64,000 nucleotides of DNA from a virus, in IMG/VR virus record IMGVR_UViG_3300021962_000068, positions 16,738-80,737 of that record; one strand, 5' to 3'. A model generated the notes under the pieces. That model did not search any database. It had not been told where the DNA came from and saw only the letters and a program-made list of their open reading frames with translations. Below are positions 26,340-36,246 of this stretch, in pieces. The position numbers were made by a program, and so were the translations under genes. Numbering within the stretch: position 1 is the first letter of the stretch; each line of letters begins with the position of its first letter.

Positions 26340-29300
26340 CTAGTTCTCCTATCCAGTTCTTTAATAGCCTCTATTAAAAGTGGAATTAATTTCTCATAGT
26401 TTACAGCAAGCGTTCCGTCTTTACGAGTAATAACAGCTTCTGGTAGGACTTTTTCAACTTCTTGAGCTATTACACCTATATCGTGTTTTTTAATTAAATC
26501 TGGATGTTCTTTGTGTTGATTATTGTCTAAGTATTCTTGTTTCCAATCGTACTCATACCCACCAAGCTGTGTTAATTTTTCAAGGGGATTGATTAGTTTA
26601 GTAATATTTTCTTTTAAATTAATGTCACTAGTTTGGTATGCTATAACGTTTTGATAAGAAACAATATTTTGGTCTGCGGTAATAGTTCCGGTTATAGTCA
26701 TATTTCCAGCTATACTCATAGCTCCAATAAAATGTGAGTTGCCTTCTGCATATATCGCATATCCACCATATGTCTGGATATTTATGGCATGAACTGCTTT
26801 GCCATTACTTGACTCTGCTTTTAAACCTGTTCCACCAGAACCTGGTATAGTGAGAGGGGTTCCAGGCCCAGAGGCGATGGCGTGCACTCCTATACCTACG
26901 TTATATCCATTAGTATTAAGTGGATTTTGGCTTACTATACCACGTACTCCTTCTACTATAAGGACTGAGCTCACAGGATAAGTTTCTAAATTATTACCAA
27001 GATATCCTACTACACCTATTCCGCCAGGTGATGTACTATCGCCTCCTTGTCCCGCTACTCCAATATTTGCCAGTTTGTTAAAGTTTACATCGCACCCTAC
27101 CGCAAAGGCTTGATAGTTAATACCGGTTCCGCTACCATTAATTACCACATTTCCACGAGCAAAAAATCCGTCGGCAAATACGCTACCATTAGCTTTTGAT
27201 AAATAGTACCCTGCTGTGCCCCAAGTACCAGATTGAGTAATTACAGGCGGAGAACTGCCATTCCAGTTATCACTACGAATATCTTGAAATACACTAGCAG
27301 CAGTTGGTACTGACCACACTGTTGTTAATTGTGGAACTCCGTCTACCGGAACACTATTATTATTAACCCTACCATAACTGTACCATACTATAGTTCCAAC
27401 AGTAGGATTTATAGCAGTAGTTACGGCCGTCCAACCAGAAGGAATTGCAGTATTTGTAGTATTTGCCGGAGTTGATGGGGCTGCCGCAGTTTGGGACAGT
27501 AATATATAAATTATTTTAGTATTAATGCCAAGTAAACCGTTAGTACCATTAGTACCATCAGTACCATCAGTACCATTTAGTCCTGGTAGACCTTGTATAC
27601 CCTGTATACCTTGTTGTCCTTGTAAACCTTGTTTGCTTTTACTAATACTATAACCTATAGAGTAAACAACGCTATTATAAGTAGCTGTAACTGTAAAGCT
27701 CTCTGTATTACTCGTCCAGCTAGTACCACTAAGAGTTATAGCTCCTGCAGCACTAACAGTTAGTGTTAGCCCATTTTTAGTTGTTGTACCAGCATAGGTA
27801 ACTCCAGTAGTTAATAACACTCCGCCTTTATATAGCTTAATACTATTACCTGTGGGTAGTGTATAACCAGTACCGTCATTAGCAGCAGCTACGACGTCTG
27901 CATCATATACTAAATCAATTAAGATTGCATCAGTACCTGCCTTGCTTTTACTAATAGTATATTGAGCAGTATAAGTAATACTACTATAAGTAGCTGTAAC
28001 TGTAAAGCTCTCGGTATCACTCGTCCAGCTAGTACCACTAAGAGTTATAGCCCCGGTACCTGAATCAACAGTTAGTGTTAGTCCATTTTTAGTTGCTGTA
28101 CCAGCATAAGTAACTCCAGTAGTTAATAACACTCCGCCTCTATATAGCTTAATACTATTACCTGTAGGTAGTGCGTAACCAGTACCGTCATTAGCAGCAG
28201 CTATAACATCAGTTTCTGATACTAAATCTATTATTACAGCATCTTTACCGTCTCTAGTTTTAGTAAACAGCATTTTTCTGCTTAGCTGTACATTACCACT
28301 AGGAGTAGTAATGGTAGCAGTAAAAGTAAATTCAGCACTATTTGCACTAAAACTGGTACCACTAATAGTTATAATTCCAGCATTAGTAATACTAGCAGTT
28401 AAACCACTTAAACTAGTTGGAGTAACACTAAAACTAACCTCGGGTTCTGGCGAGCTATCAAGGGGCCAAGCAGTTGTCCCGTATACGTCGGTTCCACGAA
28501 CAACAGCCATACTTCCGCTTACTGGCAGTTGGCCCCCATAAATAGTACCACTACTATTAGCAGTTAGGGTTCTTGATTCATTTGTAATACCCGCTTGGTA
28601 ACTGTCATCACCTTCGGCTATTGAGTAAAGTGTTAGCTGATCAAATGCTGTTACACCACCAGTTCCGGTCGCAACAACCTTTACAAGTTTAGAAGCAACT
28701 GGCGCAAAACTATTTAAAATTAAAGTGTCTATAGTTACGTCTGTTTGCAGTACGTCATCAACATACCAAGCAAAAACGGCATTAGGAATATTAATTTCTG
28801 TAGCTGTAAGTGTTGTTGTGCTAGGATATGGTGTTCCAGTATTTTTTGGTTGCACAAATACTTGAGGTTCTGCTGCAAGTCTTACTATAGGTGCACTAGC
28901 ACCATCAATAGATTTATTAAGTGTAATAGTTTTGCGTACTTCTACAGTACCAACAGTAAAGCTATAAGTAACTTCAGCAAAAGCTTCTGTAATACTATTA
29001 ATAGTAATAACACCAGTAGTAGAATTAATACTACTGGTCATTCCCGTCTCACTGCCAGTGACTTTATCATAAACCACCGCTGGAGTACTTGTACTGCTTA
29101 ATTGTTGAATACCTTGAAATACACCAGTAGTTATAGTTATAGGAAACTGTCCAGCTATGGGCGTACCTGTACTATCACAACTAATAGTTTGATTTTCATT
29201 ACTTAAACCAACAGCAATAGTATCACTGCCTTCTGCGATATGATACACGCTAAAAACATCAAACGCTTGCGTTCCGCCTGTACCACTTACATCAACTTGA

Positions 29301-30844
29301 ACCTTTTTTGCACCAACATCGTCAAAGAAAGGTATTGCATAAGTGGAACTATTAGTTCCTACGGCAACACCATCTACTGTCCATGAATATTCGGGATTAG
29401 TAATATTACTTACTGTTGCAGTTAGTGTTATGTCACCACTATTGGGTGGAATAGTACCACCATTATTTTTTAGTGTAACAAAAGCTAGTCGTGGAGCAGT
29501 AATACTCACCGCTGGAGCACTGGCGCCAACGACACCTTCTTTTGACTTTGCAAAACTTTGTACTACTCTTTGACTTCCTTCTACTCCACTTGTAGTTCTA
29601 TAAAGAATAACATATTCAATATATGCACTATCAGCAGTCATAGTCGCATGAGTATCAAAATTTATAAAATCAGATCCAATAGTAGGGGTCGGGTCCGGAA
29701 TAATATTAATAGGATTAATTTCAAATATGTTCCAGCTACCAAAAGTTTCGTAAGGAGAGGTTGAGTCTACTGGTAAATAGGTATTACCTTGTTTTACTTT
29801 AATTGTAGTGCCGCTTCCCGCATAGTTATCCTCGACTGTAGCTCCATTATTAGCAGCAGGAATTACATGAGCACTATTACTTAGTTCAACAGTAATCTGC
29901 TCAGTACCATCATTAATTCTATAAATAGTAAAACTATCACTAACTGTGCCAATAGTTGCTGTTACTACTACTGCACCAACTGTAACGCCAAGAGCACTAA
30001 ATTGAGCACCTGTAATAGTAATCTGATTACCAGCTTGAGTAAAACTTACACTACCTAAACTAACACCTGCTCTAGTATACGCTTCAGCAGTAAATACAGG
30101 TGTGCCTGTAATATTTTTTAGTGCAGCTGTAAGTACTGTTTGAGAGGTTTCAGGAGTTGTGGCAAATTCATCTTTAAATACAAAATCTATATTAGTTGCA
30201 CTAAGTTGAATTAGTGGAGCACTTGCTCCTGCAACTCCACGATAAACATTCCAAACCTGCTCAACCTCAATACCATCATAAACAGCTAAAAATGTTACGC
30301 TGCCACTGTTTTGGGTCATGCCGGTGCAACTATAAACACCTGTTGTCTCATCTATAGTTGCACCACTTAAGTGATAAACTGAGCCAGTTTTTATACTGTA
30401 AACAGGACCATTGCCGGTTACATCCTGACTCAAACTATAAACTTTAAAAGTACCTGTAGCAAGCGAAAAATCACCACCCGTACCATCTGGTTGGGTAGCT
30501 ATGCCCGTAGGGTCATTTGTTAAGTAACCATATACTCTAACATTTTCATCATAAACTAGTGCTGTTAATTCTTGGGAAACAGTAAAATTACTTGGCTCAA
30601 TAGCGCTAATAAATGCATACTTTACATAGTACCTAGTATTTGGCTCTAAGTTTGATATAGTAATAGAAAGTCCCATACCATCAAATACTGGATTTAATTG
30701 TGTATGATTGAATCCATTGGTAGTAGAAATCCACACCTTAACACCGACGAGATCATCACGAATATCGTCGGTTCTAATAAGGTCGTATGGAGTATCTAAA
30801 ATTAGGTGTAGTGCTTTTATACCGGGATATAAGTTTGCTGCCAT
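26336..30844 (-). CDS. Tail fibre with Ig-like repeats, collagen-like stretch and C-terminal intramolecular chaperone (peptidase S74)
   Basis: SDINLKENI..GVIAQEVEKVLPEAV..VNYEKLIPLLIEAIKEL; GxQ/GTD triplets; follows the tail tip gene. Confidence 0.85.
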   Translation of the reverse strand: MAANLYPGIKALHLILDTPYDLIRTDDIRDDLVGVKVWISTTNGFNHTQLNPVFDGMGLSITISNLEPNTRYYVKYAFISAIEPSNFTVSQELTALVYDENVRVYGYLTNDPTGIATQPDGTGGDFSLATGTFKVYSLSQDVTGNGPVYSIKTGSVYHLSGATIDETTGVYSCTGMTQNSGSVTFLAVYDGIEVEQVWNVYRGVAGASAPLIQLSATNIDFVFKDEFATTPETSQTVLTAALKNITGTPVFTAEAYTRAGVSLGSVSFTQAGNQITITGAQFSALGVTVGAVVVTATIGTVSDSFTIYRINDGTEQITVELSNSAHVIPAANNGATVEDNYAGSGTTIKVKQGNTYLPVDSTSPYETFGSWNIFEINPINIIPDPTPTIGSDFINFDTHATMTADSAYIEYVILYRTTSGVEGSQRVVQSFAKSKEGVVGASAPAVSITAPRLAFVTLKNNGGTIPPNSGDITLTATVSNITNPEYSWTVDGVAVGTNSSTYAIPFFDDVGAKKVQVDVSGTGGTQAFDVFSVYHIAEGSDTIAVGLSNENQTISCDSTGTPIAGQFPITITTGVFQGIQQLSSTSTPAVVYDKVTGSETGMTSSINSTTGVITINSITEAFAEVTYSFTVGTVEVRKTITLNKSIDGASAPIVRLAAEPQVFVQPKNTGTPYPSTTTLTATEINIPNAVFAWYVDDVLQTDVTIDTLILNSFAPVASKLVKVVATGTGGVTAFDQLTLYSIAEGDDSYQAGITNESRTLTANSSGTIYGGQLPVSGSMAVVRGTDVYGTTAWPLDSSPEPEVSFSVTPTSLSGLTASITNAGIITISGTSFSANSAEFTFTATITTPSGNVQLSRKMLFTKTRDGKDAVIIDLVSETDVIAAANDGTGYALPTGNSIKLYRGGVLLTTGVTYAGTATKNGLTLTVDSGTGAITLSGTSWTSDTESFTVTATYSSITYTAQYTISKSKAGTDAILIDLVYDADVVAAANDGTGYTLPTGNSIKLYKGGVLLTTGVTYAGTTTKNGLTLTVSAAGAITLSGTSWTSNTESFTVTATYNSVVYSIGYSISKSKQGLQGQQGIQGIQGLPGLNGTDGTDGTNGTNGLLGINTKIIYILLSQTAAAPSTPANTTNTAIPSGWTAVTTAINPTVGTIVWYSYGRVNNNSVPVDGVPQLTTVWSVPTAASVFQDIRSDNWNGSSPPVITQSGTWGTAGYYLSKANGSVFADGFFARGNVVINGSGTGINYQAFAVGCDVNFNKLANIGVAGQGGDSTSPGGIGVVGYLGNNLETYPVSSVLIVEGVRGIVSQNPLNTNGYNVGIGVHAIASGPGTPLTIPGSGGTGLKAESSNGKAVHAINIQTYGGYAIYAEGNSHFIGAMSIAGNMTITGTITADQNIVSYQNVIAYQTSDINLKENITKLINPLEKLTQLGGYEYDWKQEYLDNNQHKEHPDLIKKHDIGVIAQEVEKVLPEAVITRKDGTLAVNYEKLIPLLIEAIKELDRRTR
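27633..28249. repeat. Tandem ~305-bp duplication encoding two near-identical ~103-aa domains
   Basis: 27633-27937 and 27942-28249 align with long identical runs. Confidence 0.9.
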
Positions 30845-30853
30845 ATTATTCCT

Positions 30854-33800
30854 TTATTGAATTGTCTTAATAACAATTGTACCTAGAGCACTTTCTGCGC
30901 TATATTCATTATTTCTATTTACCCTTCTGCAAGCTACTCTATAAGTTACACCTTGTGCAGAAATTCTTGGATTAGCTTGCTTTAATAGATCAAACCTTGC
31001 TTGAGTTTGGGTTCGTTGAACATCTATTTTATTTGTTACATTAGGCGTTATATCCCAAAAATCTTCTGTTCCAGTATCGCGATACAGTCTATACTCATAA
31101 CATAAAAAGTCATTGGGTTCGTTACCATAAGTAGACAAATCTGCTACTATATAAGTATTTTCTAAATCTAGTGTAATAGATTCAACAATTGATGGTTCTA
31201 TTCCACCTGCTCCAGCTGTAAAAGTATACTCTGAACTCCAGGGACCAAAACTAGTATTATTAGAATTAGTATATCTTGCTCGTACTTTATAAATCTCGTA
31301 GGTTTTAAGACCTGTAAAAGTATATGTACCTAAATTTTTATTTATAATATAAGTATTTGCCGAAGCAACACTAGTAAATAGTTCACTGCCAAGCGCTATT
31401 TCAAATTGTACAAGTTCAGCGTTTTTACTTAATCCAGTAGGGTTAGTAAAACTTAAAGTAGCAGCTGTTTGATAGATGCCTGTAGAAATTTCTTGACTAG
31501 TTCCTCGTTCACTAATTATATTTACTATATTTGGTGCACTATTTATAGTACTATTGATAATTGTATTACTAATGGTAGTTATATCAGCATCATAAACTAG
31601 TTCACCTTCTAAATTAGCAGTATATATTTCCGGACTATAGTCTACCAATGTTAGTTTTGCACTGTTATTTGTACTAGGTTCTACTTTTAGTACTATTAAT
31701 TCATGACTTTCACTTCCTAGTTCACCAACTAGTACAAGATTATCTGTTTCAACTTCAATTGGTAGTGCTGAGGTTAAGGTAATTTCGTCATAGTAACCAC
31801 TTTGATTCACAGTAGTAATAGTTTTACTTACACTACCATCATTAGTACTAGAAATACTATTTGTACGAATTAGAATACTATATGTTCGACCAGTTTCTAA
31901 ATAAACTTCATTATTTAAAGTAATAGCTGTGCCTGTATTATCAATTGATTTAATTCTTCCGCTTCCAACGCCCCATAAAGGAACATCGTGTGTTACGCGA
32001 ACTAGATCACCGCGACTACATACCAAATACTCAAAGTCAGTATTAAAAGTATATTGTTCTGGCCTTAGTTTTATTTGAGCAAGATGCCATCTAGCTAAAT
32101 GAATTGCTTGTGCTTCGTTTGTAACTCCAGGTAGTTGCAGTTCTTCGTATATTTCAGCATTACTACTATTATAACCATAATTATACACATGAATTTCTTT
32201 AGTTTGATAAGCATTATTTTCATCAGGAAAAGTAACTCTAAAAGCATGAGGCAGTATGGGTAATATTTTTGTAGATTCAAATCCCCAGCTGTTATGTGGA
32301 GTAAAATGTTGTACAACGTACTCACGAGGCTTATCAACTACTACGCTCCACTTACCATCTACTAGTGCAGGGCTGGCTTTACCTGCCGCACATATACTGC
32401 GTAGTGTATCCATTATACTTTGAGTAGAAGTTAGTACACTATTATAAGTTAATCTAGGCTTTAATACTGTGCTAGTACCGGGAACATAAGTTACGGTATC
32501 GCAGTATTCATGCCAATTTTGTAGTGCTATTAAATCTATTTTTGAAGGAACATCTGCTTCAGAAATATTATATGCATTAGCAGGATGTGTTAAAATATAT
32601 CTAAATAAACTAGCAGGATTATTAGTAGCTCTAACTGTCCATTCGCTTGAAGCTCTATCCCAATCTAAACAAACTGTTTGAACTAGTGCATTAATACCCT
32701 CTACTTGTCCATTGACTTTATTAGAGCTTTGTACATTAACTACAGTTCTGGCTAGTTTTCCACGTGGTAATTGTCTGAGCGGGGGCTTACTAGTATCATA
32801 CGCAACCATACTATATAAATTAACTTTATGATACTTACGAAACTGTGGTCTATCTTCTGCATCTAGAATTTCTTCTCTGTCATTATTAACCCGTCGTACA
32901 CGAACTGCATACTGTCTGGGCGGTAGGTCTTTTATTGAATACACATAATTAAATGCATCTTTCCATTTAGGAAAGTATCCACCAGTACCAACTGTAATAA
33001 TGTTATTTAATCCTGCATATTGATTACTAGTAGTTCCTTTAACTAGAGTTATCTTACAGGCTATTCCTTTTTCATATCTAACATTATTACCAACTAGCTG
33101 CAATGAATGAGTGCCTGTTTGTAAGTATAAGCTAACTGATACAGTACTACGTCCACCATTTTTTGGTAAACTAAGGGCTCTTCTGCCGTCAATAAATATA
33201 CTGCCATAGTCGTCACAAGCACCTTCTATGTTATATAAAGCACTTTCTGTAACTGTAAAATAAACTGTTTCGGATTCAAAAATATCTCCACCACCAGATG
33301 CCCAGATTCCGCTGGTTTTTAGTAATTCAGACCAATTATCACTTACTGGACCGGTTAAGGTAGTATTAGGTATACTATTTGTAGCAGTATCAAAAACTGG
33401 TACTATTTTTGCTTCAGTTATAGTAGGTTCTTGAGCATTGTATATTTTTCCGCCAGTAATTTCAATTTTAGTGGACGCAGCATACTTAGTAGTAGGTATA
33501 CTTTCTGAATCATAAATTGTTGTAGTATTATCAGTATAAGTTAATACTAGTCCAGTTGAGGACCAGTTATTTAAATAGCTTTGTTCGCTTGAAAGTACGT
33601 ATCCACCAGTACTTAAACAAATTCTATAAATAGGTATAAAACCAACTGGAACAATGGGCAATCTAGCCCAAGTTCTTTCATTGCCTAATAATTCTTGATA
33701 GCTTGTACCCGCATAATAATTATTTATAAATTCTTGAGAAGGGTCAGCGGTTAAACTATGTGTTACAGCGCCTTGAAATACTTCAATACCTCCGCCTTGC

Positions 33801-35350
33801 TTAACGCATATATCATAAAATCTATAACTTGTATGTGGTACACTTATGGTAGTATCTCCACTAGCTTCTTCTGTATACCACGCCGGCGGTGCTGTTAAAA
33901 CTTTGCTAAAACTTATAATGCTGTTATCACCATTACCAGAAGAAAATACTGCGCTATTATCCCAAATCCACTCACCTTGTTGATTTTTTTCAGATGTAGT
34001 TTGTATTTCTATAACTGCAGTGGTTTCGTTTACTTTACCGGCGTCTCTTCCAGCAACAACTAACTCTCTCATGCCCTCTGGAAAATTAAAAACAATATCA
34101 ATTCTATCAATACTGTTTTGAGTAAATGTTACTTCTCTCCAAGGATTACCGTCTGTACTATTATTAACTAGTAATTTAAGTTCTGGAGCCGTTTGCTCTA
34201 CATCTGAGGGATATCTTTCATTAAATTTTTTAACTTCAACTGAATCTTCTTCTTCACTACCACATAAAGTTATAGGTAGTGGTACACTATCGGGTAAATC
34301 TTCAAAATATGCTTTATTTAATTCAACAGTACCTGCACAAATATCATCAATTTCTAGTGGGCCGAATCCCCAAATAATTAAAAGATTAATTATATTAGAA
34401 TTTGTTAGTGTTTCGGTATATGGTACAGCACCAAGAATACCCGTATATCTTATTTTTCCTAAAACTACAGGAATGGCTCCAAATTTATTCATTTGGTTAC
34501 CGGCACCATTGAATAAATTTAAACTTTCTGGTGAGCCGGGATCCGGCTGTTGTTGTGGTGGGCGAATTGGAGCAATAGCATCAACTAGTGCCATACCCAC
34601 TAGTGTTACTCCTAATTTTGCAACAGTAAATCCTATACCTGTGCCTACTCCGGGTATCATTCCTGCAAGTTGTGGGGCTGCAGCAACTACTGCAAGCATT
34701 AGTATCATTCTAAGAGGATTATCTCCTGTTGGTACTACCTTATATCCTATTTTTTGTCCTGCTTCTAGTACAGTTGTAGACCACTTATCCTGTGGAATAC
34801 CAATACCATCAACTACTATTACAAGTTTAGTAGCCAATTTTTTGCTAATTTTATATTTTGTGTGTACAAAATCAACAAAATTTTGTACTGTAGTGCCCGC
34901 AACAGTCCACTCATGAATAATACCAGTTTTTAATGGGTGGGGTGCACCTACTACTTCTACGGTTTGACTAGTATGTTTAAAAAATCCAACGAATCGTTTT
35001 TTCCACTGTGAGCTTTGTAATGAGTCAATTACACTATCTTTACCTTCACGGCTATGTAAAAATTTATTATTACCAATATAAATGCCAACGTGTTGCGGTT
35101 CACCATAGATATTAAATAAGCATAGATCGCCAACTACAGGACTAGTAGTTTCTAACCAATTATTTTTATAACTATTAATTAAACCATGAACTACTGGATC
35201 TCTACTACCTGCGTATAGTTCGGCATAGCTTGGTAATTCAATGCCTAGTTCCTGTGCATAGTATAGACGAGCCAATCCCCAGCAGTCTATTCCCGTGCTG
35301 TCTCTACCGTTTTCTAGATAAGGTAATCCAATATATTTATCGTATGTCAT
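30854..35350 (-). CDS. Central tail tip protein: NlpC/P60 domain fused to lambda gpI-like and gpJ-like domains
   Basis: GIDCWGL..HVGIY..FLHS at the N-terminus; IPVVLG, TNNPA, GDLVRVTHD J-like motifs. Confidence 0.85.
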   Translation of the reverse strand: MTYDKYIGLPYLENGRDSTGIDCWGLARLYYAQELGIELPSYAELYAGSRDPVVHGLINSYKNNWLETTSPVVGDLCLFNIYGEPQHVGIYIGNNKFLHSREGKDSVIDSLQSSQWKKRFVGFFKHTSQTVEVVGAPHPLKTGIIHEWTVAGTTVQNFVDFVHTKYKISKKLATKLVIVVDGIGIPQDKWSTTVLEAGQKIGYKVVPTGDNPLRMILMLAVVAAAPQLAGMIPGVGTGIGFTVAKLGVTLVGMALVDAIAPIRPPQQQPDPGSPESLNLFNGAGNQMNKFGAIPVVLGKIRYTGILGAVPYTETLTNSNIINLLIIWGFGPLEIDDICAGTVELNKAYFEDLPDSVPLPITLCGSEEEDSVEVKKFNERYPSDVEQTAPELKLLVNNSTDGNPWREVTFTQNSIDRIDIVFNFPEGMRELVVAGRDAGKVNETTAVIEIQTTSEKNQQGEWIWDNSAVFSSGNGDNSIISFSKVLTAPPAWYTEEASGDTTISVPHTSYRFYDICVKQGGGIEVFQGAVTHSLTADPSQEFINNYYAGTSYQELLGNERTWARLPIVPVGFIPIYRICLSTGGYVLSSEQSYLNNWSSTGLVLTYTDNTTTIYDSESIPTTKYAASTKIEITGGKIYNAQEPTITEAKIVPVFDTATNSIPNTTLTGPVSDNWSELLKTSGIWASGGGDIFESETVYFTVTESALYNIEGACDDYGSIFIDGRRALSLPKNGGRSTVSVSLYLQTGTHSLQLVGNNVRYEKGIACKITLVKGTTSNQYAGLNNIITVGTGGYFPKWKDAFNYVYSIKDLPPRQYAVRVRRVNNDREEILDAEDRPQFRKYHKVNLYSMVAYDTSKPPLRQLPRGKLARTVVNVQSSNKVNGQVEGINALVQTVCLDWDRASSEWTVRATNNPASLFRYILTHPANAYNISEADVPSKIDLIALQNWHEYCDTVTYVPGTSTVLKPRLTYNSVLTSTQSIMDTLRSICAAGKASPALVDGKWSVVVDKPREYVVQHFTPHNSWGFESTKILPILPHAFRVTFPDENNAYQTKEIHVYNYGYNSSNAEIYEELQLPGVTNEAQAIHLARWHLAQIKLRPEQYTFNTDFEYLVCSRGDLVRVTHDVPLWGVGSGRIKSIDNTGTAITLNNEVYLETGRTYSILIRTNSISSTNDGSVSKTITTVNQSGYYDEITLTSALPIEVETDNLVLVGELGSESHELIVLKVEPSTNNSAKLTLVDYSPEIYTANLEGELVYDADITTISNTIINSTINSAPNIVNIISERGTSQEISTGIYQTAATLSFTNPTGLSKNAELVQFEIALGSELFTSVASANTYIINKNLGTYTFTGLKTYEIYKVRARYTNSNNTSFGPWSSEYTFTAGAGGIEPSIVESITLDLENTYIVADLSTYGNEPNDFLCYEYRLYRDTGTEDFWDITPNVTNKIDVQRTQTQARFDLLKQANPRISAQGVTYRVACRRVNRNNEYSAESALGTIVIKTIQ

Positions 35351-35874
35351 TAGAATAGTCCTGGAAAATATTTTGGGGTAAAATTATAACTAGGAAAAGG
35401 TTCGCGATTATAGTTAATTAGACTTAATGAAAGAGTAATTGAATTAATATTATATGTAGCACTTACAATATAAAATCCAGTAAATTCTGCTTCTACATAA
35501 TCTGGACTACCACTTAGAACTAATTCAATATTTATAGGGGTAGCAGTAGTTAAACTTGAACGAATTAATTCAATAGCTTCTCGAGTTACATAATTTAATA
35601 CAATACTACAGTCTCCGACACCAGAATCATCTTCATTCGGAAGAGTAATTTCTAGAGGTAAGTATACATAGTCATTTCCACGACTAGTTACCCCATATAT
35701 AACTTCTTGATCTGTTGTCGACGCCAAACGGCCCGTAAAACCATTGGCTAGTCTTACGGGCTGTGCAGGCTGTGTAGGATCTGTAATAGTAAGTAAAGTT
35801 ATTAGCTGCTCATCAGTTTCCTGAGAAAACATTGCTCTAATAGCATTTGGACTTAGTGTAGTTAATCGACTCAT
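35350..35874 (-). CDS. Minor tail protein (DUF1833/gpL-like)
   Basis: LLTITDP..VRLAN, YLPLEITLP, EPFP..FTPKYFPGLF; position before NlpC/P60. Confidence 0.75.
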   Translation of the reverse strand: MSRLTTLSPNAIRAMFSQETDEQLITLLTITDPTQPAQPVRLANGFTGRLASTTDQEVIYGVTSRGNDYVYLPLEITLPNEDDSGVGDCSIVLNYVTREAIELIRSSLTTATPINIELVLSGSPDYVEAEFTGFYIVSATYNINSITLSLSLINYNREPFPSYNFTPKYFPGLF

Positions 35875-36245
35875 GGTAATATTTCAAATTGTGTACTTAC
35901 TGTCCAATATCCTGGAGCTAAGTAGGTTAAGTCATAGTGCTTATCACCTTGCGGAATTACTCGTACTTCTATATAAGCGGCATTAGGATCTGTTGGATAC
36001 CTAGGATTCCTAAAATTAAATCTTAGTACACCTTTTAAAGTGTTTTCTACAAAATCTTCAAAAATGGCTACTTCACTAGTAGTCATAATAAATGAAAGAT
36101 TTAAGTTGCGTGCAGTCTTACTTCTAAAACGTTGTTTGGCGGGGCCACTGTCTGTTTGACTGCGTATAACATTTACGCCACCAGATTCTGTATAACCTTT
36201 TTGGGGTGTTTGAGGAAGTGTAAGGGGCCAAGTAGGAATAGGCAT
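35871..36245 (-). CDS. Distal/minor tail protein (gpM-like)
   Basis: WPLTLPQ..VIRSQTDSGPAKQR motif; directly after tape measure. Confidence 0.75.
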   Translation of the reverse strand: MPIPTWPLTLPQTPQKGYTESGGVNVIRSQTDSGPAKQRFRSKTARNLNLSFIMTTSEVAIFEDFVENTLKGVLRFNFRNPRYPTDPNAAYIEVRVIPQGDKHYDLTYLAPGYWTVSTQFEILP

Positions 36246-36246
36246 A

